From IMG/VR virus record IMGVR_UViG_2684623050_000001, positions 1 through 64,000 of that record: a stretch of DNA of 64,000 nucleotides, one strand, 5' to 3'. This DNA is from a virus. Taxonomy: Duplodnaviria; Caudoviricetes. Made by a program: the position numbers and the translations under genes. This document shows, piece by piece, positions 1 to 9,157 of the stretch (position 1 is its first letter; every line of letters begins with the position of its first letter). The notes beneath the pieces were generated by a model, which made no database searches, was not told where the DNA came from, and saw nothing but the letters and a program-made list of their open reading frames with translations.

Positions 1-77
1 AAAGGCCCCGAAGCTGGGGAGCTTCGAGGCCTTGGACCTTCATCGCCGGGTGGGCACCCGGATCTGAAAGCGATTCG
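1..77 (-). ncRNA. Probable counter-transcribed RNA (ctRNA) controlling repC
   Basis: Minus-strand promoter TTGACG(112-107)-17 bp-TAGAAA(89-84) points away from repC. Terminator hairpin aaggccccgaagct/agcttcgaggcctt at 2-33. This layout is typical upstream of repABC repC genes. Confidence 0.6.
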
Positions 78-111
78 CACCTCTTTCTAGCTCCCGCCCT
101 CCCGACCGTCA

Positions 112-1299
112 ATGACACCCATCTCGGGTGAACGGTCCCGCTTTGCCTTCTTCGGGAGGGTGAAAGTGGAGAGGGTTCATTCCGGCGGACGGCCGCTTAC
201 GCGCGCCGCTCTCGCCGGCCGGAGACGTGCGCTCGATGAGGGCCGCGCGATCTCCAGACGCGAGCTTGCGGGACATGCCCGCGACGCTGCCAAGTCACTG
301 CGCCTGCGCCCTGCCCTACGCCAGGTGCTCGAAGCGCTGACCGCGGTCTGGGGCGAGCAGCCCTGGAGCCGTCTCCTGGTCTGGCCGTCGAACGATCGGC
401 TCTGTGAGAAGACCGGGCTGTCCGAGCGGGCGCTTCGCTATGCACTGCGCGATCTTGTGGCCCTGGAGCTGATCGCGCCGAAGGACTCGGCCAACGGTAA
501 GCGCTATGCGATCCGGGCTCCGGACGGCACGGTCGTCGACGCCTACGGGTTCGATCTGACGCCGCTCGTCGCGCGCGCCGGAGAATGGGCCGAGCGGCTG
601 CGTCTCTTGACAGCCGAGGTTGAGCGCAGACGGCGTTCGTTCGATCTCCTGACCGTGTGTCGCCGCGCCGTCGCCGAAGCGCTCCACGGGCTCGCTACGC
701 ATCACCCCGAAATTTCCATCTCCGATCTGGTCGCGGCGCGCGAGGCGTTGGAAAAATCCTCCCCGAAGCGGTCGCGGGCCTCGGAAGACCCAAGCCTGGT
801 GATCGATGGGTGGAGTGAGCTGCGAGAGATGGCCGAGGAACGCTTCTATCAAGCCGGCTGTGCCGGCAATTCCTGCGGCCACATAGAAACAGACAACGAG
901 CCTCCTAGTGACCCTTGTAGCAAGGTCTCTTCGAGGGGTGATGCGGGCGGGACCGTGCTCCATCCCGGTCTCGTCGCTGCCGCCTGCCCTGTCGCCGGCG
1001 AATTCGGGTTCGAGATTCTGACGGAGCCCGATCTGATCGACGCCGGCCGCTCGATGCGCGGCTCGATTGGCGCTCACCCGAGCGCCTGGTCCGAGGCCTG
1101 CGAGGCCCTGGGTCCGCTTCACGCCGCGGCGCTCGTGGTCATGGTCGCCCAGCTGCACGACGACGAGGCATCGGGTCGGCGCAAGTCCGAGATTCGCAAT
1201 CCGGGCGGCTACTTCCGGCATCTCGTGCGTTTGTGTGCCGAGGGTCGCTACAGCGTGGCCGCCGAACTCATGACTATGCGTCGAAGGAGAATGACGTGA
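112..1299 (+). CDS. repC: repABC-type plasmid replication initiator RepC
   Basis: Hallmark motifs VWPSN, KDSANGKRYA, AYGFDLTPL and C-terminal IRNPGGYFR. True start may be slightly downstream. Confidence 0.92.
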   Translation: MTPISGERSRFAFFGRVKVERVHSGGRPLTRAALAGRRRALDEGRAISRRELAGHARDAAKSLRLRPALRQVLEALTAVWGEQPWSRLLVWPSNDRLCEKTGLSERALRYALRDLVALELIAPKDSANGKRYAIRAPDGTVVDAYGFDLTPLVARAGEWAERLRLLTAEVERRRRSFDLLTVCRRAVAEALHGLATHHPEISISDLVAAREALEKSSPKRSRASEDPSLVIDGWSELREMAEERFYQAGCAGNSCGHIETDNEPPSDPCSKVSSRGDAGGTVLHPGLVAAACPVAGEFGFEILTEPDLIDAGRSMRGSIGAHPSAWSEACEALGPLHAAALVVMVAQLHDDEASGRRKSEIRNPGGYFRHLVRLCAEGRYSVAAELMTMRRRRMT

Positions 1300-1526
1300 C
1301 GGACAAGGAACGCCTGGACGCCCAAGAACGCGCCATTCAGATGATCGCCTACTACACCAACAACGCGGACTCTGGATTCAAAGTCTACGTTCTGGAGCGC
1401 ATTCAGTCGTGGGGCGATACCACAGATCGAAATGACAACACGAGCGAAGAGGAAAAGGCCAACCATCGCAAGTTCCACGAGGAAATTTTGCGGCTTCTAC
1501 TGCCTGGAAAGCAGACTGTCGGGTGA
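1296..1526 (+). CDS. Hypothetical protein
   Basis: GTG start overlapping the repC stop, with AAGGAG upstream. Confidence 0.55.
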   Translation: MTDKERLDAQERAIQMIAYYTNNADSGFKVYVLERIQSWGDTTDRNDNTSEEEKANHRKFHEEILRLLLPGKQTVG

Positions 1527-1528
1527 AT

Positions 1529-1603
1529 TGGTCGCGGTGACAGGATTTGAACCTGTGACCTGGGCCTTATGAGGGCCACGCTCTACCACTGAGCTACACC
1601 GCA
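1529..1603 (-). tRNA. tRNA with CAT anticodon (Met or Ile2)
   Basis: Cloverleaf TGCGGTG..TAGCTCAGTGGTAGAGC..CTCATAA loop..GGTTCAAATCC..CACCGCG-A-CCA. Confidence 0.9.
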
Positions 1604-1610
1604 GTGAGAG

Positions 1611-1685
1611 TGGTCGTCAGGGGATGATTTGAACATCCGACCCCAGTCTTATCAGGACTGTGCTCTACCCCTGAGCTACCCGACG
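1611..1685 (-). tRNA. tRNA-Ile(GAT)
   Basis: CGTCGGG/CCTGACG acceptor stem, CAGTC-CTGATAA-GACTG anticodon arm, TTCAAAT T-loop, encoded CCA. Confidence 0.92.
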
Positions 1686-1696
1686 AAGCCTCTCAT

Positions 1697-1729
1697 AAAA
1701 AGGGCGGCCCACGTCATTCGGGGCCGCCC
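1697..1729 (-). terminator. Rho-independent terminator
   Basis: 9-bp stem gggcggccc/gggccgccc followed by T5 on the minus strand. Confidence 0.7.
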
Positions 1730-1779
1730 AGATGCACACACAGAGGTAACACGACGAAGCGTCTGTCTCACCGAGAGAG

Positions 1780-1808
1780 AATCTAGGCGTGCCCCTTTAG
1801 TAAGTCAA
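1780..1808 (-). promoter_or_regulatory. Sigma70-like promoter overlapped by the palindromic operator
   Basis: TTGACT-17 bp-TAGATT on the minus strand. The -35 box lies within the AGTCA-N4-TGACT palindrome at 1803-1816. Confidence 0.65.
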
Positions 1809-1836
1809 CGCTGACTGACGTTCTCGGGCGAGAAAA

Positions 1837-2019
1837 TCAGCTGGTGCCGGCCCGAATTGCCTTGAGCGCTTCGATGAACAGCCACACCGTCCGAAGCCCG
1901 AACAGGGTCGCGATCGAGGCCAGGATCAGCCCGCCGGCGATGTCGACCTTCGACGCGATGCGGGCCGAGAGCCAATAAAGCCAGCACACGAAGAACGCGC
2001 CGTAGAAAACCGTTTCCAT
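1837..2019 (-). CDS. Small membrane protein
   Basis: 60 aa, two hydrophobic segments, GGAGG upstream. Confidence 0.55.
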   Translation of the reverse strand: METVFYGAFFVCWLYWLSARIASKVDIAGGLILASIATLFGLRTVWLFIEALKAIRAGTS

Positions 2020-2165
2020 TCAACCCTCCGGGTCCATCTGCCGAACCACCCAGAACCAGTAGCCCAGGCGGGTGCGGTCGTTTGCGACGTCTTCCTTCCA
2101 GTCCGAGACCGGGTAGGACGGGTGAGCGCCGAGGGCGCCGTAGCAGGCGACGAGCTCGTGGATGG

Positions 2166-3566
2166 TCATGCGGCGATCCTCAGCTGCTCGTCCTTGTCAT
2201 CCCGGAACCGCACGAAGCGGGGATGCCGCAGCGAGCCGTCGGGCGTGACCTCGTGATACTCGACTTCCATCAGGCGCCACGGGTCGACGAACAGGGTGCG
2301 GGTCTTGTTCTTGACCTGCGTCGGCGCCTGGCTCGGGAGCGTGCGCACGAAGGCGTCCATCTCCTCCATCAGAGCCTGCGTCATGCCGCCGACCGACACA
2401 TGCACGCCCTCGAAATCCACGATGAAGGTCGCGAACTTGCCCTCGTTACGGGTGCCGGGCTCGCCCGTCTGCCAGCCGACGATGCGCAGGTCGGCCGTCT
2501 CCTGGGCCTTCATCTTCATCCAGAGGAAGCCCTTCTTCTTGACGTAGGAGGCGTCGAGCGGCTTCACCATCGCGCCTTCGAGCCCGGCCGCGCGGTGCCG
2601 GTTGTAGACGTCGTAGATCTCCTCGACCTTGTGACACATCTCCATCGGCGTCATCTGGATCGGGGCGCCGGCCCGCGCCTTCTTGACGATCCACTGGGCG
2701 AAGCCGCGCCGGAGCTTGAACGGGATCTTGATTTCGGGTGTGTCGCTGGCGAGCATCTTGTCCACGGGCAGCGCGTCGAAGACGTTGATGAGGGCGTCGG
2801 TTGCCTCCTCGCTCTTGCGCTTCACGTCGCCGCTCGTCTTGTTGAACGAGCCCGTCGTGACCTCGCTGTCGATCGCGCAGGACGGGCCCGCATCGCCGCC
2901 CAGGAAGCGGTAGTAGACCTCGGAGATCTTCGACACGTCCTTGTCGCGCTTGGCCTCCTGCCAGGCGTCGGTGACGATCTGCACCATCAGCTCGCCCAGG
3001 TGATCGAGGGCGGGGAAGTGGTTGCCGACGCGCGAGAAGAACTTGGCCGTCCCGTCCTTGACGATGCACATGGCGCGCAAGCCATCGAGCTTGGGCTCGA
3101 CCGCGATCGGCCACGCCTTGACCCGCTTCTCCTCGAACGGCTTGGAGAGCATCACGTCGAAGGTCGGCACGGTGCCGGGCAGGACCGTGTTGATGGTCTT
3201 CTCGGTGATGCCGCAGCGCAGGTCCTTCCGGAGGATGCGCCACAGGAGAGCCGCGCTCTCGGCGTCGAGCGCCTTGAACATCGCCTCGACCGCAGCCTTG
3301 GCCGCGTTGCCGGTCAACTGGCGCGTCGCCAGATTGTGCAGCATCTGCCAGGGCTGGCCGCTCGAATCCGAGAACGACGCCGGGCCGGCGACCGCGGGCG
3401 GCTCGGGCGGGGTCAGGCCAAATGTGATGAAGGGGTCGTAGGCGTGCCGGACGACCCGCTGCACGAGCGGGTCCTCGATCTGGGCGCGCAGGAGATCCTC
3501 CTTCGCGGTGCGGGAAGATGTGCTGCCGATCTGGATCAGCAGCTTGAGGACGTCGCGGGAGTTCAC
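2166..3566 (-). CDS. ATP-dependent DNA ligase
   Basis: Motif I EPKLDGLR, motif IV EGAMVK, motif V WMKMK, motif VI SLRHPRF. Confidence 0.93.
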   Translation of the reverse strand: MNSRDVLKLLIQIGSTSSRTAKEDLLRAQIEDPLVQRVVRHAYDPFITFGLTPPEPPAVAGPASFSDSSGQPWQMLHNLATRQLTGNAAKAAVEAMFKALDAESAALLWRILRKDLRCGITEKTINTVLPGTVPTFDVMLSKPFEEKRVKAWPIAVEPKLDGLRAMCIVKDGTAKFFSRVGNHFPALDHLGELMVQIVTDAWQEAKRDKDVSKISEVYYRFLGGDAGPSCAIDSEVTTGSFNKTSGDVKRKSEEATDALINVFDALPVDKMLASDTPEIKIPFKLRRGFAQWIVKKARAGAPIQMTPMEMCHKVEEIYDVYNRHRAAGLEGAMVKPLDASYVKKKGFLWMKMKAQETADLRIVGWQTGEPGTRNEGKFATFIVDFEGVHVSVGGMTQALMEEMDAFVRTLPSQAPTQVKNKTRTLFVDPWRLMEVEYHEVTPDGSLRHPRFVRFRDDKDEQLRIAA

Positions 3567-3695
3567 GATTGGTTCCTTAGATGAGGATGAAAGCGATAAA
3601 GAGGAGCCAGCCCCAGCCGTCGTGACCGGTCAGCATGACGATGGCAGCCAGGACGAGGCAGATGAGGACCAGGAACGAGCGATCCGCGCGGCTCA

Positions 3696-4430
3696 TCACG
3701 CGGCCTTCTGCGCAGCCATCAGGCGAGCGCGTTCGAGGAGGGAGAGACCCTTGGGCGCGTCGGCCGCGGGAGCGGGCGCCGGCTTCGGGGCGGACTTGAA
3801 CTTCGGAGCCTCGACCTTCGCCGGCTCGGGCTTGGGTTCGGGCGCGATCGGCGGGCCCGACGGGCGGACGTCGGAGAGATCGAGCATGACGGGCTTGCCG
3901 ACGGCCGCCTTGGTGATCGCCGCGCTCATGTCGCCCGACAGGGCGGCCTGGGTGACATCATCGCTCTCAGCAGCGGGCGCCGCGCGCGGGACGCTGCGCT
4001 CCTCGGCCTTCACGCGCCCGAGCGACACGGCCGGCGCCTTCTTCGCGCGCTTGGCGCCCGACGACGTGGTGTCGTTGGCAGCCACGATCGCATCGAGCTC
4101 CACGCCGGAGACGCCGAGCTCGTTGATGTGGCGCTCCTGGACGACGATCGGCGCGATGGCGTCGAGGATGCCGGGCTTGAGCGAGAGCACCTTCGGCTCG
4201 CCGGCATGGTAGTGATCCTCGCCGGTGCGCTGGATCTCGCGGTTGATCCAGTAGACCGGGCACTTGGACGACCGCATGCAGGCTTGGCAGCCGCGTCGCT
4301 CCTCCTGCACCTGGCCGCGGGCGAGCTGCTGCTCCAGCGTGAAGCAGTCGGCGATCTTGGTCTCGGCGTTGAAGATCGGGCAGACGATCTTCGCCTCGTT
4401 CTTGGGCGAGTAGGACTTGATGAGGGTCAT
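3696..4430 (-). CDS. Hypothetical protein with Cys cluster and Pro/Ala-rich tail
   Basis: CP..C..GCQAC..KCP motif. Translationally coupled to neighbours. Confidence 0.7.
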   Translation of the reverse strand: MTLIKSYSPKNEAKIVCPIFNAETKIADCFTLEQQLARGQVQEERRGCQACMRSSKCPVYWINREIQRTGEDHYHAGEPKVLSLKPGILDAIAPIVVQERHINELGVSGVELDAIVAANDTTSSGAKRAKKAPAVSLGRVKAEERSVPRAAPAAESDDVTQAALSGDMSAAITKAAVGKPVMLDLSDVRPSGPPIAPEPKPEPAKVEAPKFKSAPKPAPAPAADAPKGLSLLERARLMAAQKAA

Positions 4431-4708
4431 CAGAACATTCCCCAGGTTTCGTTCTCGCCGATTTTCTCCTGTAGAGCAGCCTGTTCGGCTTCCTCTTGAG
4501 CGAGAACGGCGGATCGGTTGCGAAGGAGGGTGACGATCTGCTGCGCGGGCTCGCGCAGGCAGGTGGTGACTTCGGCCTTTGCCAAACGAGAGGCGAAGGC
4601 GAACTCGGCGAAGGGCACCTTGGCCGGCGTTCTACCGGCAGCCTTGAGAACCTGATTTGCCTCGCCGATCGCGACGTAGGCGCCGATGATCGCGCGGGCG
4701 GCGCTCAC
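4430..4708 (-). CDS. Hypothetical protein
   Basis: Overlapping start/stop with both neighbours. Confidence 0.6.
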   Translation of the reverse strand: MSAARAIIGAYVAIGEANQVLKAAGRTPAKVPFAEFAFASRLAKAEVTTCLREPAQQIVTLLRNRSAVLAQEEAEQAALQEKIGENETWGMF

Positions 4709-5217
4709 CAGGAGCCCCAGAGTTCATTCTCGGCGACCTTCTCCTCGACCGTCGGCTCGGGCTCCACATACTTGTGCTTGGGCTGGTAGCCCTTGTGGAC
4801 GATCCCACCGTTCCCATCGGGCTCCCAGGTCGGGAGATCGGGGTCCTTCATGCCGTCGGTGGGGATGTTGGGCACGAGGAAGACCAGATCGGACTTCATC
4901 TCGAACCAGTAGAGAGTGCCGACGGCCTTCTTGAACTCGGCCTCGTCGTTGCACTGGACGAGGTTGTCCTTGGACCGATCGTGGACGTAGCCGCCCTTCT
5001 GCTTGTCGCGATTCTTGGATTCGAGCGCGGCCGTCGCTTCCTTGATCGTGCCGAAGCGCTTGATCTCCATCTGACCCTTGGCGCCACGCTTGCCCCAACG
5101 GTTGATGACGACCGAACGACCTTCGTTCGTGCAGATCAGGACCTGGTGGTAGTCCTTCTCATGCGTCCGATGCTGCATCGTCAGCTTGCGGACCGCGATC
5201 GGATAGACCGGGATCAT
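4705..5217 (-). CDS. WGR-domain protein
   Basis: KDY...VINRWGKRGAKGQ...K.KGGY pattern typical of WGR domains. GAGGAG RBS and TATAAC -10 upstream. Confidence 0.7.
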   Translation of the reverse strand: MIPVYPIAVRKLTMQHRTHEKDYHQVLICTNEGRSVVINRWGKRGAKGQMEIKRFGTIKEATAALESKNRDKQKGGYVHDRSKDNLVQCNDEAEFKKAVGTLYWFEMKSDLVFLVPNIPTDGMKDPDLPTWEPDGNGGIVHKGYQPKHKYVEPEPTVEEKVAENELWGSW

Positions 5218-5303
5218 GCTCTCCTCGCTCGTGTGTGTGCTGTGTCGTGAGTTCAGTTATAGCGACGACTGATCGGCAGTTCAGTCAGTGCTGACTGGCG
5301 TCG

Positions 5304-6449
5304 TCAGGCAGCGAGCTGGGTGCGCTCTGCCTGAGCGTTCTGGCGCCGCTGGAGCGCGTAGGGGTTCCGCAGGCGCCACTGGACCGCGAGCTGCGCGGAA
5401 TAGGGCGTCGCGGCGTAGACGGCCTTCCGGACGGTCTCGCCGGGGACCTCGTTGGGGTCCTTGTCGAGCGGCAGGAGCGCGATCTTCACCCGCAGCCCGA
5501 TCTTGCGGAGCTGCTCGGCCGCGGCGAGCGCCGCTGCCAGGGCGTCGGGCGTTCCGTCCCAGACGATGATGACCTCTTCCAGCCCGTGCGATTTCAGCAC
5601 GAGGAAGGCGCCGAGCTGGTCGTTACCCTCGGCGTCGCCGGTGGACAGGTGCTTGCCGAAGGAGCCGATCGGCACGATGTCGCGCAGCGCCGGGTCCTCG
5701 TCGAGGGCGAGCTTGAGCCCGTAGACGTCGAAGGCGCCCTCGCCCATCGCGACGCGCTTGGCCCGGATCGCGTTCTGCCCGTTGTAGAGGAAGCGACCGG
5801 TGCCCGGCAGGCCCTTGGGGAACAGGTATTTGTCGTCCTTGGTGCCGGTGATGTCGCGGCCCTGGAACGTCACGAGGTTCCCGTCGAGGTCGAACACGGG
5901 GATGATGACCCGCTCGTCGAACTTCTGGCCGCCCTGCTTGCCGTCGTCGCGGGTGTAGTTCCACCAGCCCATGTCGCAGTAGCGCAGGTGGAAGTAGCCG
6001 GCGAGCTCGCCCGTGATGCCGCGATCCTCCAGGTAGCGGAGATTCTGGCCCTCGGGCGTCGGCAGCGCGAAGCTCGTCGGCAGCTTCACGGTCTCGACGT
6101 TGACCGCGGCCGTCGTCTTGCGCTTGGGGCGCCAGCCCTGGTCGGCCAGGTGCTGCTTCACATGCCGGAAGGTCTCGCCCCACTTCGACGCCTCGGGGTC
6201 GCCGTGCAGGTAGGTGTGAATGAACGAGAGCTTGCGGAACTTCGTGTTGCACACGAAGCAGTTGCCGACGCCCGTGTCCGCGTTCAGGTAGACGCGGTAG
6301 CGGGAATCGCCGCAGGTCGAGACCGGGCATTCCTGGGCGTTGATCTGCATGCCCGATCGGCCGCGTCCCATCTTGTAGGACACGCCCTCGGAATCGAACC
6401 ACTGCTCTAGGTCGAGCTCCTCGGAGAGCTCCGCGAAATTGTCGCTCAT
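5304..6449 (-). CDS. DNA primase (Zn-binding plus TOPRIM)
   Basis: CPVSTC..CFVC zinc motif, RVIIPV, FQGR, KYL, EGAFD, DPNE. Start at MSDNFAEL. Confidence 0.88.
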   Translation of the reverse strand: MSDNFAELSEELDLEQWFDSEGVSYKMGRGRSGMQINAQECPVSTCGDSRYRVYLNADTGVGNCFVCNTKFRKLSFIHTYLHGDPEASKWGETFRHVKQHLADQGWRPKRKTTAAVNVETVKLPTSFALPTPEGQNLRYLEDRGITGELAGYFHLRYCDMGWWNYTRDDGKQGGQKFDERVIIPVFDLDGNLVTFQGRDITGTKDDKYLFPKGLPGTGRFLYNGQNAIRAKRVAMGEGAFDVYGLKLALDEDPALRDIVPIGSFGKHLSTGDAEGNDQLGAFLVLKSHGLEEVIIVWDGTPDALAAALAAAEQLRKIGLRVKIALLPLDKDPNEVPGETVRKAVYAATPYSAQLAVQWRLRNPYALQRRQNAQAERTQLAA

Positions 6450-6727
6450 CGCGCGTATCCCGCGGCGAGCGCCTCGATGCTCTCGAAGCGGTTCTCCATG
6501 CGCTCGATCTTGGCCTCGGCGATCTCCAGGGCGACCTGTCGCTTGCGCTGGAGCTCCTGATATTCGGCGAGATCGCGCGCGGTCGCCTCGCGCCAAACGA
6601 GCCCGCGTGAGCCCTGCGCATCCAAGGGCTCGTCGTGCTCGACCATGAGCACGACTACGGACCGCGACCGGAACAGCCAGCCGATGCGCGCCTGACGGTT
6701 CTCGAAGCTATAGCGTCCAGTCTTCAT
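6446..6727 (-). CDS. Hypothetical protein
   Basis: Coupled between helicase and primase. Confidence 0.55.
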   Translation of the reverse strand: MKTGRYSFENRQARIGWLFRSRSVVVLMVEHDEPLDAQGSRGLVWREATARDLAEYQELQRKRQVALEIAEAKIERMENRFESIEALAAGYAR

Positions 6728-8097
6728 CAGAACCCCACCTTGACGACCGCCTTGATGAACTTCATCCGCGAGCGGTCCTGCTTGATCCGAATAACAAGTC
6801 CTTCTTCACCGTTACGATGAGCGACGAACTCGATGCGAGCCTCGTTGACTGACTTCTCATCAGTCGTTGCAGAGATTGCGATAACAACGTCGGCAATACG
6901 AATTTTATTGTAGTCTTCCGCCACGTCCGTTGCTTTTACGGACGTAGACTTCGCGCCGTCGCGATTGGTCTGCGTCGCGGTCAGCATCGCAGCGTTCTCC
7001 TCGAACGCGATGGCGCGCAGGTCGAGCCAGATGTTCTTGGAGTTCTCGATCGGGCTGTCCGAGCGGTGCTCGGGAGCCATGATGTCGGCATAGTCCACGA
7101 CGATCAGGTCGAAGATGATGCCCTGGGCGCGGTAGCGCTCCAGCACGCGCCGGATCTGGGACGGCTTCAGGGTGCCCGAGGGATACTCGTGGACCTTGAA
7201 GTGGCCGGACTTGGCGTGCGCCGCCTTGATGAGGCCCTCGACCTTGAACGGGTCGTCGTTCAGGCCCTTCATCAGGGTGTCGGAGATGTTGGCGTCGAGA
7301 CGATCCGCGATGATCTGCGCGCGGACCTCAAGCGTGAAGTAGATCACGTTGAAGCCGGCGAAGCTGGCGTATTTGCCGAACTCCGCGATCGACATCGACT
7401 TGCCGCCCTTCGCGGGCGCCATCATCGCGGCCAGTTCCTTGCGGCCCCATCCACCGTGGTAGAGGAGCTTGTCGAGCTCCGGGATGCCGGTGGTGATGCC
7501 GTCCTTCTTGATCGTGCCGGTCTTGACCGCGACGCGATGCTTGGTGCGGTTCTCGATCTCGGCCCAGTAGTCGTAGGCGCCGCTGTCCTCGTTGGCGCCG
7601 ACGAGCTTCGCCAGCTCGATGCGCTTGGCCGCCTTGTCGTAGTCCCCGTTCTGGACGTCGAGCGCGGCCTGCAGGATCGCGTCTTCGAGCGCCCGGTGAC
7701 GCGCGAAGGTCGCGACCTCATCGACCACGTAGTCGCGGTCGGAGATGTCGGTCGTCAGGAGTTCCTTGATCCGCTCCTTGACGTCATCGACCATATCCTT
7801 GCGGATCTGCTTCTTGGCGATGGCGTTCTTGGTCAGCGAGATCAGCGTGACCCGATCCGGAGCCTTCTTGTAGGTCCGGTAATACTCGTTCGCGAGCTGG
7901 ACGAGCCGGGCCGTTGCTTCCTCGGTGAAGAAGGACGGCTGGATCAGACCATCGGTGCGGCCGGCAAACATCGTGTCGCGCACGGCGAGCGCGGCGATCT
8001 TCGTCTGGAAGTCGAGGTCGAATTCGTAGGTGGGCTTGCCCGACGCGACCGCAGTCGCGCCGTCTTCCGCCTCATCGGGATCGACGTGCGCGGTCAC
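6727..8097 (-). CDS. Replicative DnaB-like (SF4) helicase
   Basis: GITTGIPELD, Walker A APAKGGKS, Walker B IVVDYAD, ATQTNR, HRNG. Confidence 0.9.
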   Translation of the reverse strand: MTAHVDPDEAEDGATAVASGKPTYEFDLDFQTKIAALAVRDTMFAGRTDGLIQPSFFTEEATARLVQLANEYYRTYKKAPDRVTLISLTKNAIAKKQIRKDMVDDVKERIKELLTTDISDRDYVVDEVATFARHRALEDAILQAALDVQNGDYDKAAKRIELAKLVGANEDSGAYDYWAEIENRTKHRVAVKTGTIKKDGITTGIPELDKLLYHGGWGRKELAAMMAPAKGGKSMSIAEFGKYASFAGFNVIYFTLEVRAQIIADRLDANISDTLMKGLNDDPFKVEGLIKAAHAKSGHFKVHEYPSGTLKPSQIRRVLERYRAQGIIFDLIVVDYADIMAPEHRSDSPIENSKNIWLDLRAIAFEENAAMLTATQTNRDGAKSTSVKATDVAEDYNKIRIADVVIAISATTDEKSVNEARIEFVAHRNGEEGLVIRIKQDRSRMKFIKAVVKVGF

Positions 8098-8101
8098 GAG
8101 A

Positions 8102-8392
8102 TCAGGCCTCCTCGCTCAGGATGTAGCCGCAGACGTCGTGCTTGAAATAAGTCACTGATGACTGACTTCCGGCGACAATCGAACGCACCTTGATCGTGAA
8201 CTGATCCGCCTCCTCAAGGGTGCCCGACGTGCGCAGGCCGTCGACGTGGACGAGCGTGATCTCCTTGCCGCGATGCGCCTTCAGCTCGTGCTGATGGTTC
8301 CAGGACGGCGGCTTCACGGTGAGCTTCGGGCGCTGGCCGGGGCTGCGCTGCTCGAAGGCGACAGGACGCGAGGGCTGCTTCATGGGTGCCAC
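8102..8392 (-). CDS. Hfq/Sm-like RNA-binding protein
   Basis: ITLVHVDGLRTSGTLEEADQFTI...TYFKHDV aligns by eye to Hfq Sm1/Sm2 (NGIKLQGQIESFDQFVI...MVYKHAI). Confidence 0.65.
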   Translation of the reverse strand: MAPMKQPSRPVAFEQRSPGQRPKLTVKPPSWNHQHELKAHRGKEITLVHVDGLRTSGTLEEADQFTIKVRSIVAGSQSSVTYFKHDVCGYILSEEA

Positions 8393-8446
8393 TGGTGTGC
8401 TCTCTGATTGCTGACTGTGATTATAGCGAGACGCGCGCGGCGCTTC

Positions 8447-9157
8447 TCAGTGGAGATCGTCGACCCGCTGCATGACCTCTGGGTCGATGCGGCCGCGGGC
8501 CTTGGCCTCGGGCAGGAGCTGCTCGTCGTGGATCATCGCGTAGATCAGCCGGGCGGGGTTCGAGCGAAGCCCGATCTGCTCGAAGATCCACTCGTGATGC
8601 GCGTCCTGGATCGGCGAGCCCGCATAGGCCTCGTTCTTGAAGCGCGCGTCCTTGGCGACGTAGAGGATGCCCTTCTGACGGTCGCCCCAGGTCTCGGAGA
8701 CGGCCGTCAGAAGGTCGAAGTTGTAGAGATGGGTCGGCCGGGGCAGGTAGTCCTTCTTGCACTTGCGCAGCGACCAATGCATCGCGATGGCGATGAACAG
8801 GTCGTAGGGCATGCCCAGGCCGTCCGCGAACTGCCGGGCCTTCCACAGACCCATGCGGTCGGAGTTCTTCACGCTCATGTCGAAGGGGTCTTGAGCCTTG
8901 ATCCCCTTCACATATTCGCCGCGGGCCGAATCCATCGTCTCGCGGAAGACGCGCTTGTAGACATTGCGGTAGTGGTCCGCGAACAGGTAGGTGGCGTGGA
9001 CGGGGTTCATGAAGCGGTAGTCGAACCACTTCGAGTTCATCAGCCAGCGCTCGGGCTCGATCGCCTTGGTGCCCAGCGCCAGCATGATGTCGTGGCACTT
9101 GTCGAGCGGCGTATCGAGCCCGAAGATCTCCTCACCTACCTGTTCCGCACTCATCAC
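8447..9157 (-). CDS. Hypothetical phage protein
   Basis: 236-aa ORF with phage-typical codon usage in the replication operon. Confidence 0.75.
   Translation of the reverse strand: MMSAEQVGEEIFGLDTPLDKCHDIMLALGTKAIEPERWLMNSKWFDYRFMNPVHATYLFADHYRNVYKRVFRETMDSARGEYVKGIKAQDPFDMSVKNSDRMGLWKARQFADGLGMPYDLFIAIAMHWSLRKCKKDYLPRPTHLYNFDLLTAVSETWGDRQKGILYVAKDARFKNEAYAGSPIQDAHHEWIFEQIGLRSNPARLIYAMIHDEQLLPEAKARGRIDPEVMQRVDDLH

Noticed and set aside
1529-1685. tRNAs as a prophage attachment site
   Set aside because: No integrase or duplicated tRNA 3' end in the window, and element genes lie on both sides.
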